From the IMG/VR virus record IMGVR_UViG_3300021184_000030, positions 1 through 36,109 of that record: DNA of 36,109 nucleotides. One strand, given 5' to 3'. Shown here piece after piece: positions 9,001-17,188 of the stretch. Under the pieces are notes generated by a model. That model did no database searches. It was not told the origin of the DNA and saw nothing but the letters and a program-made list of their open reading frames with translations. The translations under genes and the position numbers were made by a program. Numbering within the stretch: position 1 is the stretch's first letter; each line of letters opens with the position of its first letter. The stretch is from a virus. Taxonomy: Duplodnaviria > Caudoviricetes.

Positions 9001-11577
9001 GAGGATGTCGAGCGAATCGAGGAGCGGCAGGAATACGTTCTCCGCCCGGCGTTCCAGAACACCCCGGAAGGCGTCGGTATTGGGACCGCCGCCGCCGATA
9101 CCGAGCCGCCGGTATTCCTGCAGCGCCGCCAGCAAGGGGTTGTCGTCCTGCTGGAAGGCCAGGAACCTTTGCCGGATCTCCTTGCCAGTCAGGATCTGCC
9201 CGAACATCTTCTGGTACAAGGGGATCAGCGCCCGGACGGTTTTCTCGTCCGGCGACAGGACCTCGATCAAGGCTTCGCGGGAGCCGGTGGCGATGGTCGA
9301 CGGCTTGATACCGATGTTCGACAAGGTGGCGTTGAGCCCGAGGATTTGCTTGGAGCTGAGCCCGAAGGATTTCGCCGTCTGCGCCTGCAAGCTGACCAGG
9401 GTCTTGAGATCGTCCGCGGTCAGTTTCGAGATGTTGATGGCGTTGGTCAGCTGATCGGCCAGGGTCCGGTCGGAAAGATCGGCAAAGACCGACCGCATCG
9501 AGGCGATGACGTCCGCCGCGGTCTGCAGGGAACTCTTGGTCGCACCGGCGAACAGCGCGACGTTCTCGACGGCCTTCGGCAGGTCCGCCGCCTCGACACC
9601 CGCCTGCGCCAAGGTTTGCGTGGCTTCCGCGATGTCCTGGACCGAGAACTTGGTGGTGGTCGCAGTCTGCTTGATCGCGGATTCGATGTTCCGCATATCC
9701 GCCGAGGTGGCCTGCGAGACGGCCTGGATCCCTTTGAGGGCTTCCTCAAGATCGAACACCTGGCCGGTCAGCCGGCGGAGGCCTTCCAGCAAGGCGAAGC
9801 CGGACCCGTACAGAATCGCATAGCGGAAGAATGCCCGCATCGCCAGGGAGGCTTGGTGCCAGAGGCCAACGTTACCACGAAGCTCCGCGTTGACCTTTTT
9901 GATGGCGACGGCTTGCTCGGCGAACTGCCGGTTGAGGTCGCTGATCTCCCCCGGGGTCAGGCGTTGCCCGGTGCCGGCGTCGCTGTCCTTGATCCGCTGC
10001 TGGATGTGCTGCTGCTGGCTTTTGAGGTAAACCAGCGCATCTTCATAGGTGTCCTTGGGCAGATCGAGGACGTTGGAAAGTCCCCCCACCGCATCGATCG
10101 CCCGCCGCCCCCGCCCGCGTTGTGCGGTGAGCGCCCGAAGGTCCGCGAGCTTCTGGTCGATCCGGGTCCGGTCGGCGCGGGGAGCCGCCACCGGTGGGCC
10201 CGCTTCGAGCGCCTTCAGCTCGCGCTTGAACTTGATCTCCTTTTCCAGCAAGGAAAGGTACAGGCGCTCCGCCTCGATCGCTTCCTGGCTGCCGGCCGCG
10301 GCTTCCCGGTAGGCGCGGGAGGAGGCGACCGCCCGGCTCAGAGCATCCTTGATCGCTTTCCGGGTCGGCTCGTCGAGCTCCTCGAGCCTGCCCCGCCCGA
10401 GCAAGCGGGACGCGAACTGGGAGGAGTCCTCCGCCAGCTGCCGTTTCTTGGTGAGGGAACGGCCCAAGGTCGTGCCTTCGACCTCCCGCCGGCGCTCGTC
10501 CAGCTTCCGCTTGAAGTCTTCCAAGGACCGGACGTTCGAGAACGCCGTCTCAGCGGCGGCTTCGGTGATCGCTTCCTTGGCTGCCTTGAGCTGCTGCTTG
10601 ATCCTGGAATTGAGGGCGCGGCGAATCAGCCCGAAGTCGAATTCCTTGCCGGCGCGGGTCAGGTCCCCGCCAATGGTTTCGAGCTCTCGGCCGGCGGCGC
10701 CGGTCAAGAAGCGGGCGGCCCGCTCGCGTTGCACGGCTTTCTCCGCCTCTTTCGCGGCCTTAACCTCCAGCTGATTGGTGCCGCGCCGAATCCGAAGGTC
10801 CTCTGCCTCCTGACGACGCCTCTTAGTCTCGGCTTGCCGTTCGGCTTGCTTGGCGGCGGAGACTTCGAGCTGATTGGTGCCTTTCCGGAGCTTAAGGGCT
10901 TCCGCGTCCTTGCGGGCCGCGATCCGATCCTCGTCCGTCAGCTGGTTGAACTTCCGAACCGTGGTGAGGTTCTGCTGAGCCGCGACGCCGAGCTGCGGAA
11001 TTTGTAAGGGCAGGGATTTGATCACCTGGCCCGATCCATCGCCTTCACCCGGCAAGTAGACCGAGCGTCCGCGGGCGGCTTTCCGCTGGATCTCCTTCAG
11101 CGCCCTCGACTGCGACTCCAGGGCGGCGGCGTATTCCCGGAGTTGGGCCTTTTGCTTCTGCTTCAGCTTCGGGTCGGTGATGTCGAGCTCTTTCGCGAGG
11201 ATCTGCTTGAACAGCCCTTGGGTCGTCGGGGTGACCTTGGTGGTCTTGATCGTGCTGAGGGCGTGGGAGATGTCCTCGTAGAACAGCCGGACGGAGGCGA
11301 GGGCCTGCCTCTTGGCGCCGTCGGTTTCCTGCCGGAGGGCTTGGTTGATCTGTCTCAAGGCGTCGTGCAGTTCGCCCTTCAAGGCCTTCAGCTGGTCTTC
11401 AGACAAGACGTCGCCCGCCTCGAGGTTGACCGGGAGATGCACCTTCGGAATCTTGAGCTCCCGGGCGAGGCCGCCCAGGAGCTTACTGACCTGCTGCTGG
11501 AATTCGGGCAGGTTGGTAACATCCCCGGCTTTGATGATGTAGTCGACGACGGCGTCTAGTTGGATCTTGTCAGCCAT
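6055..11577 (-). CDS. Tail tape measure protein
   Basis: 1840 aa, helical, Ala/Leu-rich. Tape-measure core (IQAVSQATSADM...TTKFSVQDIAEATQTLAQAG) and Gly-rich hydrophobic segments. Follows the tail tube and chaperone genes. Confidence 0.95.
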   Translation of the reverse strand: MADKIQLDAVVDYIIKAGDVTNLPEFQQQVSKLLGGLARELKIPKVHLPVNLEAGDVLSEDQLKALKGELHDALRQINQALRQETDGAKRQALASVRLFYEDISHALSTIKTTKVTPTTQGLFKQILAKELDITDPKLKQKQKAQLREYAAALESQSRALKEIQRKAARGRSVYLPGEGDGSGQVIKSLPLQIPQLGVAAQQNLTTVRKFNQLTDEDRIAARKDAEALKLRKGTNQLEVSAAKQAERQAETKRRRQEAEDLRIRRGTNQLEVKAAKEAEKAVQRERAARFLTGAAGRELETIGGDLTRAGKEFDFGLIRRALNSRIKQQLKAAKEAITEAAAETAFSNVRSLEDFKRKLDERRREVEGTTLGRSLTKKRQLAEDSSQFASRLLGRGRLEELDEPTRKAIKDALSRAVASSRAYREAAAGSQEAIEAERLYLSLLEKEIKFKRELKALEAGPPVAAPRADRTRIDQKLADLRALTAQRGRGRRAIDAVGGLSNVLDLPKDTYEDALVYLKSQQQHIQQRIKDSDAGTGQRLTPGEISDLNRQFAEQAVAIKKVNAELRGNVGLWHQASLAMRAFFRYAILYGSGFALLEGLRRLTGQVFDLEEALKGIQAVSQATSADMRNIESAIKQTATTTKFSVQDIAEATQTLAQAGVEAADLPKAVENVALFAGATKSSLQTAADVIASMRSVFADLSDRTLADQLTNAINISKLTADDLKTLVSLQAQTAKSFGLSSKQILGLNATLSNIGIKPSTIATGSREALIEVLSPDEKTVRALIPLYQKMFGQILTGKEIRQRFLAFQQDDNPLLAALQEYRRLGIGGGGPNTDAFRGVLERRAENVFLPLLDSLDILEKNITQVSRAGAAAEGSETQMEAANNQIRRFGQTILSLTHTIASDGLPVVSRFFKSLADGAKSLQDRIIDRKATLGEDTSKAALSGLGTGLLTYLLSPGTRLARGALGVLGGLAGGIGSLTASPDNRTAKDLTELSGTAGTGLAIVGGAITGFQGLVALGKGIFSKLSGSLKVISTAASWTPLGRMVGLLASALVAGKVVYDKFFAKGPSLDTRLEGIEAQRTAKLQKTDAVKQEFAPFSADSQGGPAEEARQLADQIYGKEMDELAFQLFVQKLGVVRQNLLDELKRLSNKKASGQDIGESGEAKLREFEQLYGSELFSGALPKTVDEAKTFVTSLQSFYAGLEQKGQELLNGQGDLEAMTDKIIAMTVAGKLKLAPTDMSSLLVSIQDAAVNGQVEILKEFRFQVNNAIDALVSQGKASLDNVDYVRLLNIKDTIQPAIDQAKQRAAEIAAEKARLQAAREKNAAEQEKEGQSELDLKEVDRLSKILETKRRVVDEQIAVAKDEKDQNKISALILERAGTEEAINRLLTRKAQLEGVITDDLIQQEAGLRRKQNEEHSKRLTLEQGASKEIEKSNKQLQTQRNKLQKINERLSSAEQRYRESLDKLNEAKGKQRESQNFFADAKRELSDEQISPSDRIRELLDRARKQLKGGAFDEAESDARGVVDFVRSGLQDGTVSRFDAGSVVDEAATIAAESQKKKVSTAEERAIRDKNALLQVQADAAAVQAKIDALEKRIEDLGKLKIGFDPKQVDTVADQLLAQLDDKLQAHPVELPISGPDGKPIPSDTTGAATPAPSAASSASTDAASPKIFSYADESGRRVYTDRSTPIEKEPQTGEQRFTQSPYGAPTSLPDSLVDSVHKPLPEITFSNPANGVEGISLADAERYTERLRRGGPRLGNISSLAERAARIHLPDLAAPEVNLPSVSPATTLSQAAEQVSNKTPVNLYISNERVPVLADSNAADTLQRLLALQALKEGRR

Positions 11578-11586
11578 CCTGGGCTC

Positions 11587-12150
11587 CTAATGCGTCTTAG
11601 CGAAAAGTTGGGCGAGCATGTTGAAGTTGTCTTCGCTGCTGAGGTCTACCGTGACCACCTCGGCGCTCCCGCCGTCAGCGTCGTACTTGCCGCCGAAGCC
11701 GTACAGGCAGGCTTCGAACAAGAGGTTGTTCTCCTGGCCTTTCAGCGCCAGGAAGTGATCGAGCATCTTCAAGGCGACGTCCCGGTCGAGCTGGGTGTAT
11801 ACGTAGTTCGCCTTATGGAAATCAAAGGCGCACATGTAGAGAATCAGTCCGGCGGTATCCAGCTCTCGCAGCGCCGCGGCGTAGGCGGATCCGAGTGTCT
11901 TACCCGGTGTCGGTTGGGAAGGATTGGACAGGGAGTCTGCCTCCCGCCCGGCAGCTTCGAGGCGCTCGATGAAGTACTCGATCGCGTCGGCGGTCGGCTG
12001 GGGCATGCCGCAACATTCGGCCAGGGTCGGGATGACGGCGGATTCGAGCACTTGAGCGTCGTCGGTCAGCTGCTGACGGAGCTCGGAAAACCGTTCGAAG
12101 GCAAGTAAAGGGACCGCGAAAGGTTGGTGATGCCTATTGAATATGGACAT
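11587..12150 (-). CDS. Putative tail assembly chaperone
   Basis: Position between tail tube and tape measure; acidic, helical. Confidence 0.55.
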   Translation of the reverse strand: MSIFNRHHQPFAVPLLAFERFSELRQQLTDDAQVLESAVIPTLAECCGMPQPTADAIEYFIERLEAAGREADSLSNPSQPTPGKTLGSAYAAALRELDTAGLILYMCAFDFHKANYVYTQLDRDVALKMLDHFLALKGQENNLLFEACLYGFGGKYDADGGSAEVVTVDLSSEDNFNMLAQLFAKTH

Positions 12151-12162
12151 GCCAGGCCTCGA

Positions 12163-12190
12163 TAAAAGCTGGCCGCCCGAAGGCGGCCAG
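12163..12190 (-). terminator. Intrinsic terminator after the tail tube gene
   Basis: Minus strand CTGGCCGCC-TTCG-GGCGGCCAG followed by CTTTTA (9-bp stem, UUCG loop). Confidence 0.75.
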
Positions 12191-12235
12191 AAGGTCCTAA
12201 GGAAGACCGTGCCGGCCGCCCGAGGCGGCTCGGGC

Positions 12236-13060
12236 TTAAGCGGCGTCGGACGACATGAACATCATGCCGATCGGGTAGCTTGGGATGACGCTGGACAAGT
12301 GCTCCAGCGGCGCGCTCGCCGCGTATTCACTGGCGGCCGGCTCCAACAGCTTGATCTGCATTTCGGTCGACGAGAACTCCGTCGGGGACGCGCCGATCGA
12401 AGCACTGCCGCTGATCGCGGCTTTCCAGAAGTTGAAGCCCATCGGCCGGCTGGTGCCGCGTTCGAGCTGCAGCAGCTGCACCGCGAAGTAGTTGACGCTC
12501 GACAGGCCACCGATCGCCACAGCCGGCGACTTGTAGCAGAGCACGTCGGATCCGGCGGCGAAGGCGGCGACGGTGCCGAGGCCGGTGACCAGGGTCAGGG
12601 TGTTGGTCGCGATGCTGTCGATCTTGGAGACAGTGACCGACTCCGGCTTGCCAACCTCGAAGATCACAACGATGTCCCCTGCCGTGAAACCGGTGGCTGA
12701 CGTCAGCGGGATGCTGGTCGCGGCGGCGTTGATTTGCGCGGTGGTGTCCACCGTCGACTTGGTGTCGGTCGAGTCGTACGCGGCGACGGCGTTGCCGAGC
12801 ATGACGTTTAGGTTGCGGCGGCTGTACTCGCGCAAGGTGGCCGAGATACTGGCCGACTGCGACGTCAGCGCGGTGTCGATGATTTTCTGCGGAAAGCCAC
12901 CCATCAGATCCACCGAGGTCTGCTCGATGTTGAGCGTGACCTGGTCGATGACCCCGATCGAGTGGGAGGCGTCGAGTTTGCCGGCGCTCGACTGCGGCCC
13001 AATGCGGACCTCGAACGTGCCGATACGGAATTGTTTGGTTTTGGGGGAGCCTAATGCCAT
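12236..13060 (-). CDS. Major tail tube protein with inserted beta domain
   Basis: Strong AAGGAGG RBS; followed by a terminator; 274 aa beta-rich; position before chaperone and tape measure. Confidence 0.75.
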   Translation of the reverse strand: MALGSPKTKQFRIGTFEVRIGPQSSAGKLDASHSIGVIDQVTLNIEQTSVDLMGGFPQKIIDTALTSQSASISATLREYSRRNLNVMLGNAVAAYDSTDTKSTVDTTAQINAAATSIPLTSATGFTAGDIVVIFEVGKPESVTVSKIDSIATNTLTLVTGLGTVAAFAAGSDVLCYKSPAVAIGGLSSVNYFAVQLLQLERGTSRPMGFNFWKAAISGSASIGASPTEFSSTEMQIKLLEPAASEYAASAPLEHLSSVIPSYPIGMMFMSSDAA

Positions 13061-13116
13061 TACATCGTCCTCCTTGACGAAGTTAGGTGGGTTAGAAGCG
13101 CATCCTGCGCCTCTTA

Positions 13117-13125
13117 ATCATAACA
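13117..13125 (-). promoter_or_regulatory. Possible extended -10 promoter (TGtTATGAT) upstream of the tail tube gene
   Basis: AT-rich intergenic TGn-TATGAT; the same TGtTATRA pattern occurs upstream of the protease gene. Confidence 0.4.
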
Positions 13126-13149
13126 GATCCTGTCTCAAAAACTAGACAG

Positions 13150-14004
13150 TCACAGCCGCTTCAGGTCAGCCCGCATCTTCCGACCCATCATGAGCGCGAA
13201 CCTCCGGAGCCAGGGCCGGTAATACTCTGGATAACGCAGCCGATCGATGTTTGTGACGCCGCCCTTTAAATTCGCAAAAGACGGCACGTCCTTGGGCCTA
13301 TCCAAATTCAGGTCTTGGGCGAAAAAAGGGTTCGCCAGGATGTCGTTCAGCACCGGATTGATCACAGGACGTTTCAGGTTCAGCCGGACGACTGTGGCGT
13401 TTCTTACAGATGCGCCCGGACTGAGAAGGCCGCTTCGTACCGCCAGTTCGATGGATGCCCTGCCGAGCTTTTCCGCTCGCCCGTGGTAATTAGAGCTGTT
13501 CCGGGTGATCGACAAAGTTCGAGGCAAGGCGCCCCGATAGATCGACGCCAATTTCCCGGTCTTCTTCCAATATTGCCTAGACTTGAAGCCTTGCCTTGCG
13601 CCGGTGTTGATCCAGCGCCGGGTCAACGGCTTCCAGCGGAACCGCTCGGCAAGCCCCGAGGCCACGGTTACGGTCTCGGTTTTCTCGCTGGCGAACGCCT
13701 CCGCGGACTTCACTTGCCTGACGCTCAGGAGCTTGACCGCCTTTGGGATTTTGACCGTGGTCGGGCGCCGGGCGGCGAACCGGAGCCCCTGACCCCTGCC
13801 GGAAGTCACGGGAATGCCGGGATTATCCAGAATGTCCCTAACCGCCAGCAAGGTGTTGGAAAAGTAATCCGCCATAAATTTGGCGACTTGGATCTCCTTG
13901 GCCAGCGCGAGCTCCTGGGCTTTCTTTTGCGTCAAAGCCTGGACGGCAAGCGTGATACCGGAACTGCCTACCCGAGTCTTTATTCTGGGTCGAACACCCG
14001 CCAC
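13150..14004 (-). CDS. Basic neck/tail-completion protein (putative)
   Basis: 284 aa, very Arg/Lys-rich, in the connector cluster. Confidence 0.5.
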   Translation of the reverse strand: MAGVRPRIKTRVGSSGITLAVQALTQKKAQELALAKEIQVAKFMADYFSNTLLAVRDILDNPGIPVTSGRGQGLRFAARRPTTVKIPKAVKLLSVRQVKSAEAFASEKTETVTVASGLAERFRWKPLTRRWINTGARQGFKSRQYWKKTGKLASIYRGALPRTLSITRNSSNYHGRAEKLGRASIELAVRSGLLSPGASVRNATVVRLNLKRPVINPVLNDILANPFFAQDLNLDRPKDVPSFANLKGGVTNIDRLRYPEYYRPWLRRFALMMGRKMRADLKRL

Positions 14005-14005
14005 G

Positions 14006-14455
14006 CTAGAACCTCAGGGCGCGGGCCTGGACCACGACCATGCGAAGGCCGGCGGCGCGGTCGAACTGCTGCGGCGAAATGCTGGTCGAGGAAATGATCA
14101 AGTCGCCGAGCCGCTCGGTGGGCTGGTCGACGCCGCTATAGTCCATGATGGGGAGCTCCGCGCCTTGGTAGAAGACGCTGCGGACCAGGCTGACGATATC
14201 GAGCGCGGTGTATTGCGCGGGGTCGATGGAAGTGATGCCCCCGATCTCGAATTCGAGATACCACATCGGGTCCCTCGGGGATTCCACCATGGTGGAGAGA
14301 CTCCAGCCGAGCGCCGGCTGGTCGGATTCGAGCAAGGTGGCTTGCAGTAGTGTGCCGTCGAGGTCGAGGTAGTTAATCGCCTTGGAGTCCGCCAACTGCT
14401 TGGCGTACTTATCGATCGTGGATTTCAGGGCGAGCGGGAAGGTGTCGTAACTCAT
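14006..14455 (-). CDS. Tail terminator-like connector protein
   Basis: ATG at 14455 (MSYDTFPL...) overlaps the upstream stop; 149 aa; synteny. Confidence 0.55.
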   Translation of the reverse strand: MSYDTFPLALKSTIDKYAKQLADSKAINYLDLDGTLLQATLLESDQPALGWSLSTMVESPRDPMWYLEFEIGGITSIDPAQYTALDIVSLVRSVFYQGAELPIMDYSGVDQPTERLGDLIISSTSISPQQFDRAAGLRMVVVQARALRF

Positions 14456-15030
14456 CTCTTTCGTACCGTGCGGCAAGCGAGAAAACCTGAGGAAGGAAAG
14501 ACCTCCTCGACTTCATAGAAATAACTGCCGACCTTCAGCTCATGGTCGATCGTCACCGGGCAATCGGAAGGCAAGAGTACCTGCATCTCGGAAAAGCGCA
14601 TGGCGTCGAACTCGCGGGAGTTCATGTAGCTCATGCGTTCGATATCGCAGTGGTACGTGCCGATCTTGGTTTTGGTGGCGGCGCCAGCGACGCCCGAGGC
14701 CGAAGCCGTCTTGGTGTACTGCATCAGGTCCGCCTGAAGCGGGGCCCGGTGAAGCAAAAACAGGTGGCTGTATACCGACCCTTGCATATCGTTGTTGCGG
14801 ACGCCGAGGAGGAACACTTCACCGCTCAGTCGGACGACCTTATAGGTGTCTGGAATCGACCGATCCGGGTTGCATAGGATATACCGGCGCTTCGATCCAA
14901 ATTCCCTCTCACTTACGAAACGATCGAAAGTTTCGTACGTGCCGCGGGCCACATCGAGGTCCCAGCTCGTACCATTCCAGCCGTCGATCTTGGTTCTCGC
15001 GAAATAACTCGCGGCGCCCTTGAGGTTCAC
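14452..15030 (-). CDS. Head-closure/stopper-like protein
   Basis: Likely GTG start at 15030 (MNLKGAASYF...), coupled to the upstream stop. The longer 347-aa ORF call overlaps the adaptor gene. Confidence 0.55.
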   Translation of the reverse strand: MNLKGAASYFARTKIDGWNGTSWDLDVARGTYETFDRFVSEREFGSKRRYILCNPDRSIPDTYKVVRLSGEVFLLGVRNNDMQGSVYSHLFLLHRAPLQADLMQYTKTASASGVAGAATKTKIGTYHCDIERMSYMNSREFDAMRFSEMQVLLPSDCPVTIDHELKVGSYFYEVEEVFPSSGFLACRTVRKR

Positions 15031-15488
15031 TAGCCGGTCACCGGATCGTAGTTGGAGCCGACCCCGAGGAATTGGCCCACGTACGACGGCACCGAACCGG
15101 TCAACAGCTCGGTCAGGCGGCTCTTGTAGGTCGCCAGGCGACCCGCAATGAAGTCCCGCAAGCCGGCGCGATCTTGGGGCCGCTCGATGGTGTTCTTGCC
15201 GTCCGAGATGTTCTGCGGCATCGACAAGGCTCCGGTCTGCAGGGTTTGGTAGGCGCAGAAATACGCACTGTAGGCCCGCAGAAGGTTGAATTGGTTGAGC
15301 TGGCTGGCAGTCGGGGTGCCGAGGCCGGTCGCGTAGATCGTCGCGTGGGTGGGCGCCCACGCGTCGAGGTCGAGCGTCAGGTCCAGCTCGAGGATACCTT
15401 GGTTGAAGCGCTCGTCGCCCAAGTCCTCCTCGGTGATCTGGAGGGCGCCCCGGATCTGATCGGTGTCCGTATAAAGGACTTCGATCAT
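15030..15488 (-). CDS. Head-tail adaptor protein
   Basis: 152 aa; LYTDTDQIRGAL...AYFCAY...ISDGKN pattern typical of adaptors; synteny. Confidence 0.6.
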   Translation of the reverse strand: MIEVLYTDTDQIRGALQITEEDLGDERFNQGILELDLTLDLDAWAPTHATIYATGLGTPTASQLNQFNLLRAYSAYFCAYQTLQTGALSMPQNISDGKNTIERPQDRAGLRDFIAGRLATYKSRLTELLTGSVPSYVGQFLGVGSNYDPVTG

Positions 15489-15688
15489 CAGTCAACCTGC
15501 ATCATCAGGCCGGCATCGATCTGGGATTGCATCCAGCCGGTGATCTTTTCAACCGTCACCGGCACACCGGCCGGGAAGCGGATCAGGTTAAACGGCTCCA
15601 GCAAGTCGTGGGTGGCCTGCAGCCGGATCTGCACCGGGGCTTTGGTTTTCTTCTCGGCCAGAGCAGCGGGGTTGGTGTTTTCAGCCAT
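15488..15688 (-). CDS. Small virion/head-completion protein
   Basis: 66 aa, AAGGAAG RBS, coupled to the adaptor gene. Confidence 0.6.
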   Translation of the reverse strand: MAENTNPAALAEKKTKAPVQIRLQATHDLLEPFNLIRFPAGVPVTVEKITGWMQSQIDAGLMMQVD

Positions 15689-15699
15689 GAAGTTCTTCC

Positions 15700-16005
15700 T
15701 TAAACGACGATTAACCGAATGGGAGTATTCCAGAGCACGCCCGACGGGTTTGCGCCGTCGTACGTGATCAGTTTGGCGGTGTGATACCCGAAAGCCAGCC
15801 CAGCGCTCCCCAACTTCAGGATCAAGCGATCCGTCTGGGTGAGATCGAACAAGGCCGGGGCCACGGAGCTGTCGAGCGTGGTCGTTCGATCCACGATCAG
15901 CTGCGCACGGGTCAGCTGGGCGTGGTTAACAACGGTCTCATTGACCAGGAGCTGAAGCTCCTGAGTGTTGTTGAGTCCTGACGGCACGAGAAAACTAATG
16001 TACAC
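15700..16005 (-). CDS. Small beta-sandwich protein (possible fibre anchor)
   Basis: 101 aa, beta-rich; overlaps the end of the repeat protein gene. Confidence 0.55.
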   Translation of the reverse strand: MYISFLVPSGLNNTQELQLLVNETVVNHAQLTRAQLIVDRTTTLDSSVAPALFDLTQTDRLILKLGSAGLAFGYHTAKLITYDGANPSGVLWNTPIRLIVV

Positions 16006-17188
16006 GCTGGAGCGTCCTTGCCGGTGTCACATTCTTGATACTAGCATTATACACCCGGCCAAGGCCAGTGCCTTCTATGGTCGCGGTGGCTGTGGATGAA
16101 CTCTGTGCCAGGGCGGCCAGGGAGATGCCGGAGGTCAGCTGCCCCGCGACATAGCCTTGGACCAGGGCCTGGGCGTTCAGCTTGATGTACGCTGTCAGGG
16201 CGCCGAGGCTCTGGGCTTCGGACGCGGCTCCGCCGGTGAGGTCTACAGCGTTGGAAGCCAGTTGCCCCGTCGCTAGGGCTTGGGCCAACGCCGAGGCCGA
16301 CAGGACGATCGTCGCAGTCAGATCGCCGCCGCTGTTGGCAAGCGCCAGGGACGCGCCGTTCAATGGGATTAGGGTGGTAAGCGAGCCGGAGCCCGTCGAA
16401 AGAGCCAGAGCCGCCGAGCCCGCCAAGATGGCCGTCGACAGCTGTCCGGTGGCCTGCGACACGTTGGCGGCAGATCCGTACATAGAATTGTCCCCGGGGG
16501 CCGTGAGGCCACCGGAGGCCGTCGCATCGTTGGCGGCGGTACCGGCCAAGGGGATGTCTGTCTGCAATTGGCCAGTGGCTGCCGCGTTGCTTAGAGCTTC
16601 GGCGGCCAAGGGGATGCCGGTGGCGAGGCCGCCCGAGAGTAATGCCTCGGCGACCGCCGCGCCCGACAACCGGATCTGGATCGTGAGGTCGGCGGAAGCA
16701 GCCGCTTGACCGGCAGCGTCGCCGGCCAAAGCCGCAGACGAGGCGTCGAACGCGCCGGTCGCGGTGGCTTGGGCCTGGGCGTCTGCGGACAGGCGGATGG
16801 ATGTGGAGAGTTGTCCAGTGGCCAAGGCGTCTGCTTGGGCCGAGCCCTCGAGCAAGATTGAGGTGTCGAGCCCTGCGGTTGCCAGGGCTTCAACCAAGGC
16901 GTCCGCCGACAGTTTGATCTGGGTGGTTAGGGACCCGCCCGCCTCGGTGGTGGAGGGAGCAGAGCCAGCCAGGAGGATGTCTCCCGACAGGACGCCGGTG
17001 CCCGCGGTAATCACGGCTGCGGACCCTTCCAGCGGGATGCTTGACGTTAACGACCCTGACGCGGTAGAGACGGATGCCGCCGCACCCAGCACGGGGATGG
17101 CTGTGGAAAGGTCGCCGGAGCCCCCGGCCTGGCTGGAAGCGGTGCCGGCGAGGTCGGTCGTGCCACCCCGCCCGCCACAAACTCCCAA
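15995..17188 (-). CDS. Ala/Gly/Ser/Thr-rich fibre stalk with about 18 x 20-aa repeats; probably the C-terminal half of the 19026-start gene
   Basis: Repeat consensus xIxLxGxAxxxAxAxGxLxx. Weak TTG start with no RBS; joins the upstream ORF via a -1 shift at 17166-17169. Confidence 0.75.
   Translation of the reverse strand: MGVCGGRGGTTDLAGTASSQAGGSGDLSTAIPVLGAAASVSTASGSLTSSIPLEGSAAVITAGTGVLSGDILLAGSAPSTTEAGGSLTTQIKLSADALVEALATAGLDTSILLEGSAQADALATGQLSTSIRLSADAQAQATATGAFDASSAALAGDAAGQAAASADLTIQIRLSGAAVAEALLSGGLATGIPLAAEALSNAAATGQLQTDIPLAGTAANDATASGGLTAPGDNSMYGSAANVSQATGQLSTAILAGSAALALSTGSGSLTTLIPLNGASLALANSGGDLTATIVLSASALAQALATGQLASNAVDLTGGAASEAQSLGALTAYIKLNAQALVQGYVAGQLTSGISLAALAQSSSTATATIEGTGLGRVYNASIKNVTPARTLQRVH

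Noticed and set aside
1642-11007. Long plus-strand ORFs (473, 590, 708 aa and others; also 21626-22879, 25221-26198, 27045-28091)
   Set aside because: Antisense shadows of high-GC structural genes; no RBS or recognisable motifs.
11587-12150. Lambda G/GT-type programmed frameshift in the tail chaperone
   Set aside because: A single ORF fills the space up to the tape measure; no convincing slippery heptamer or second frame was seen.
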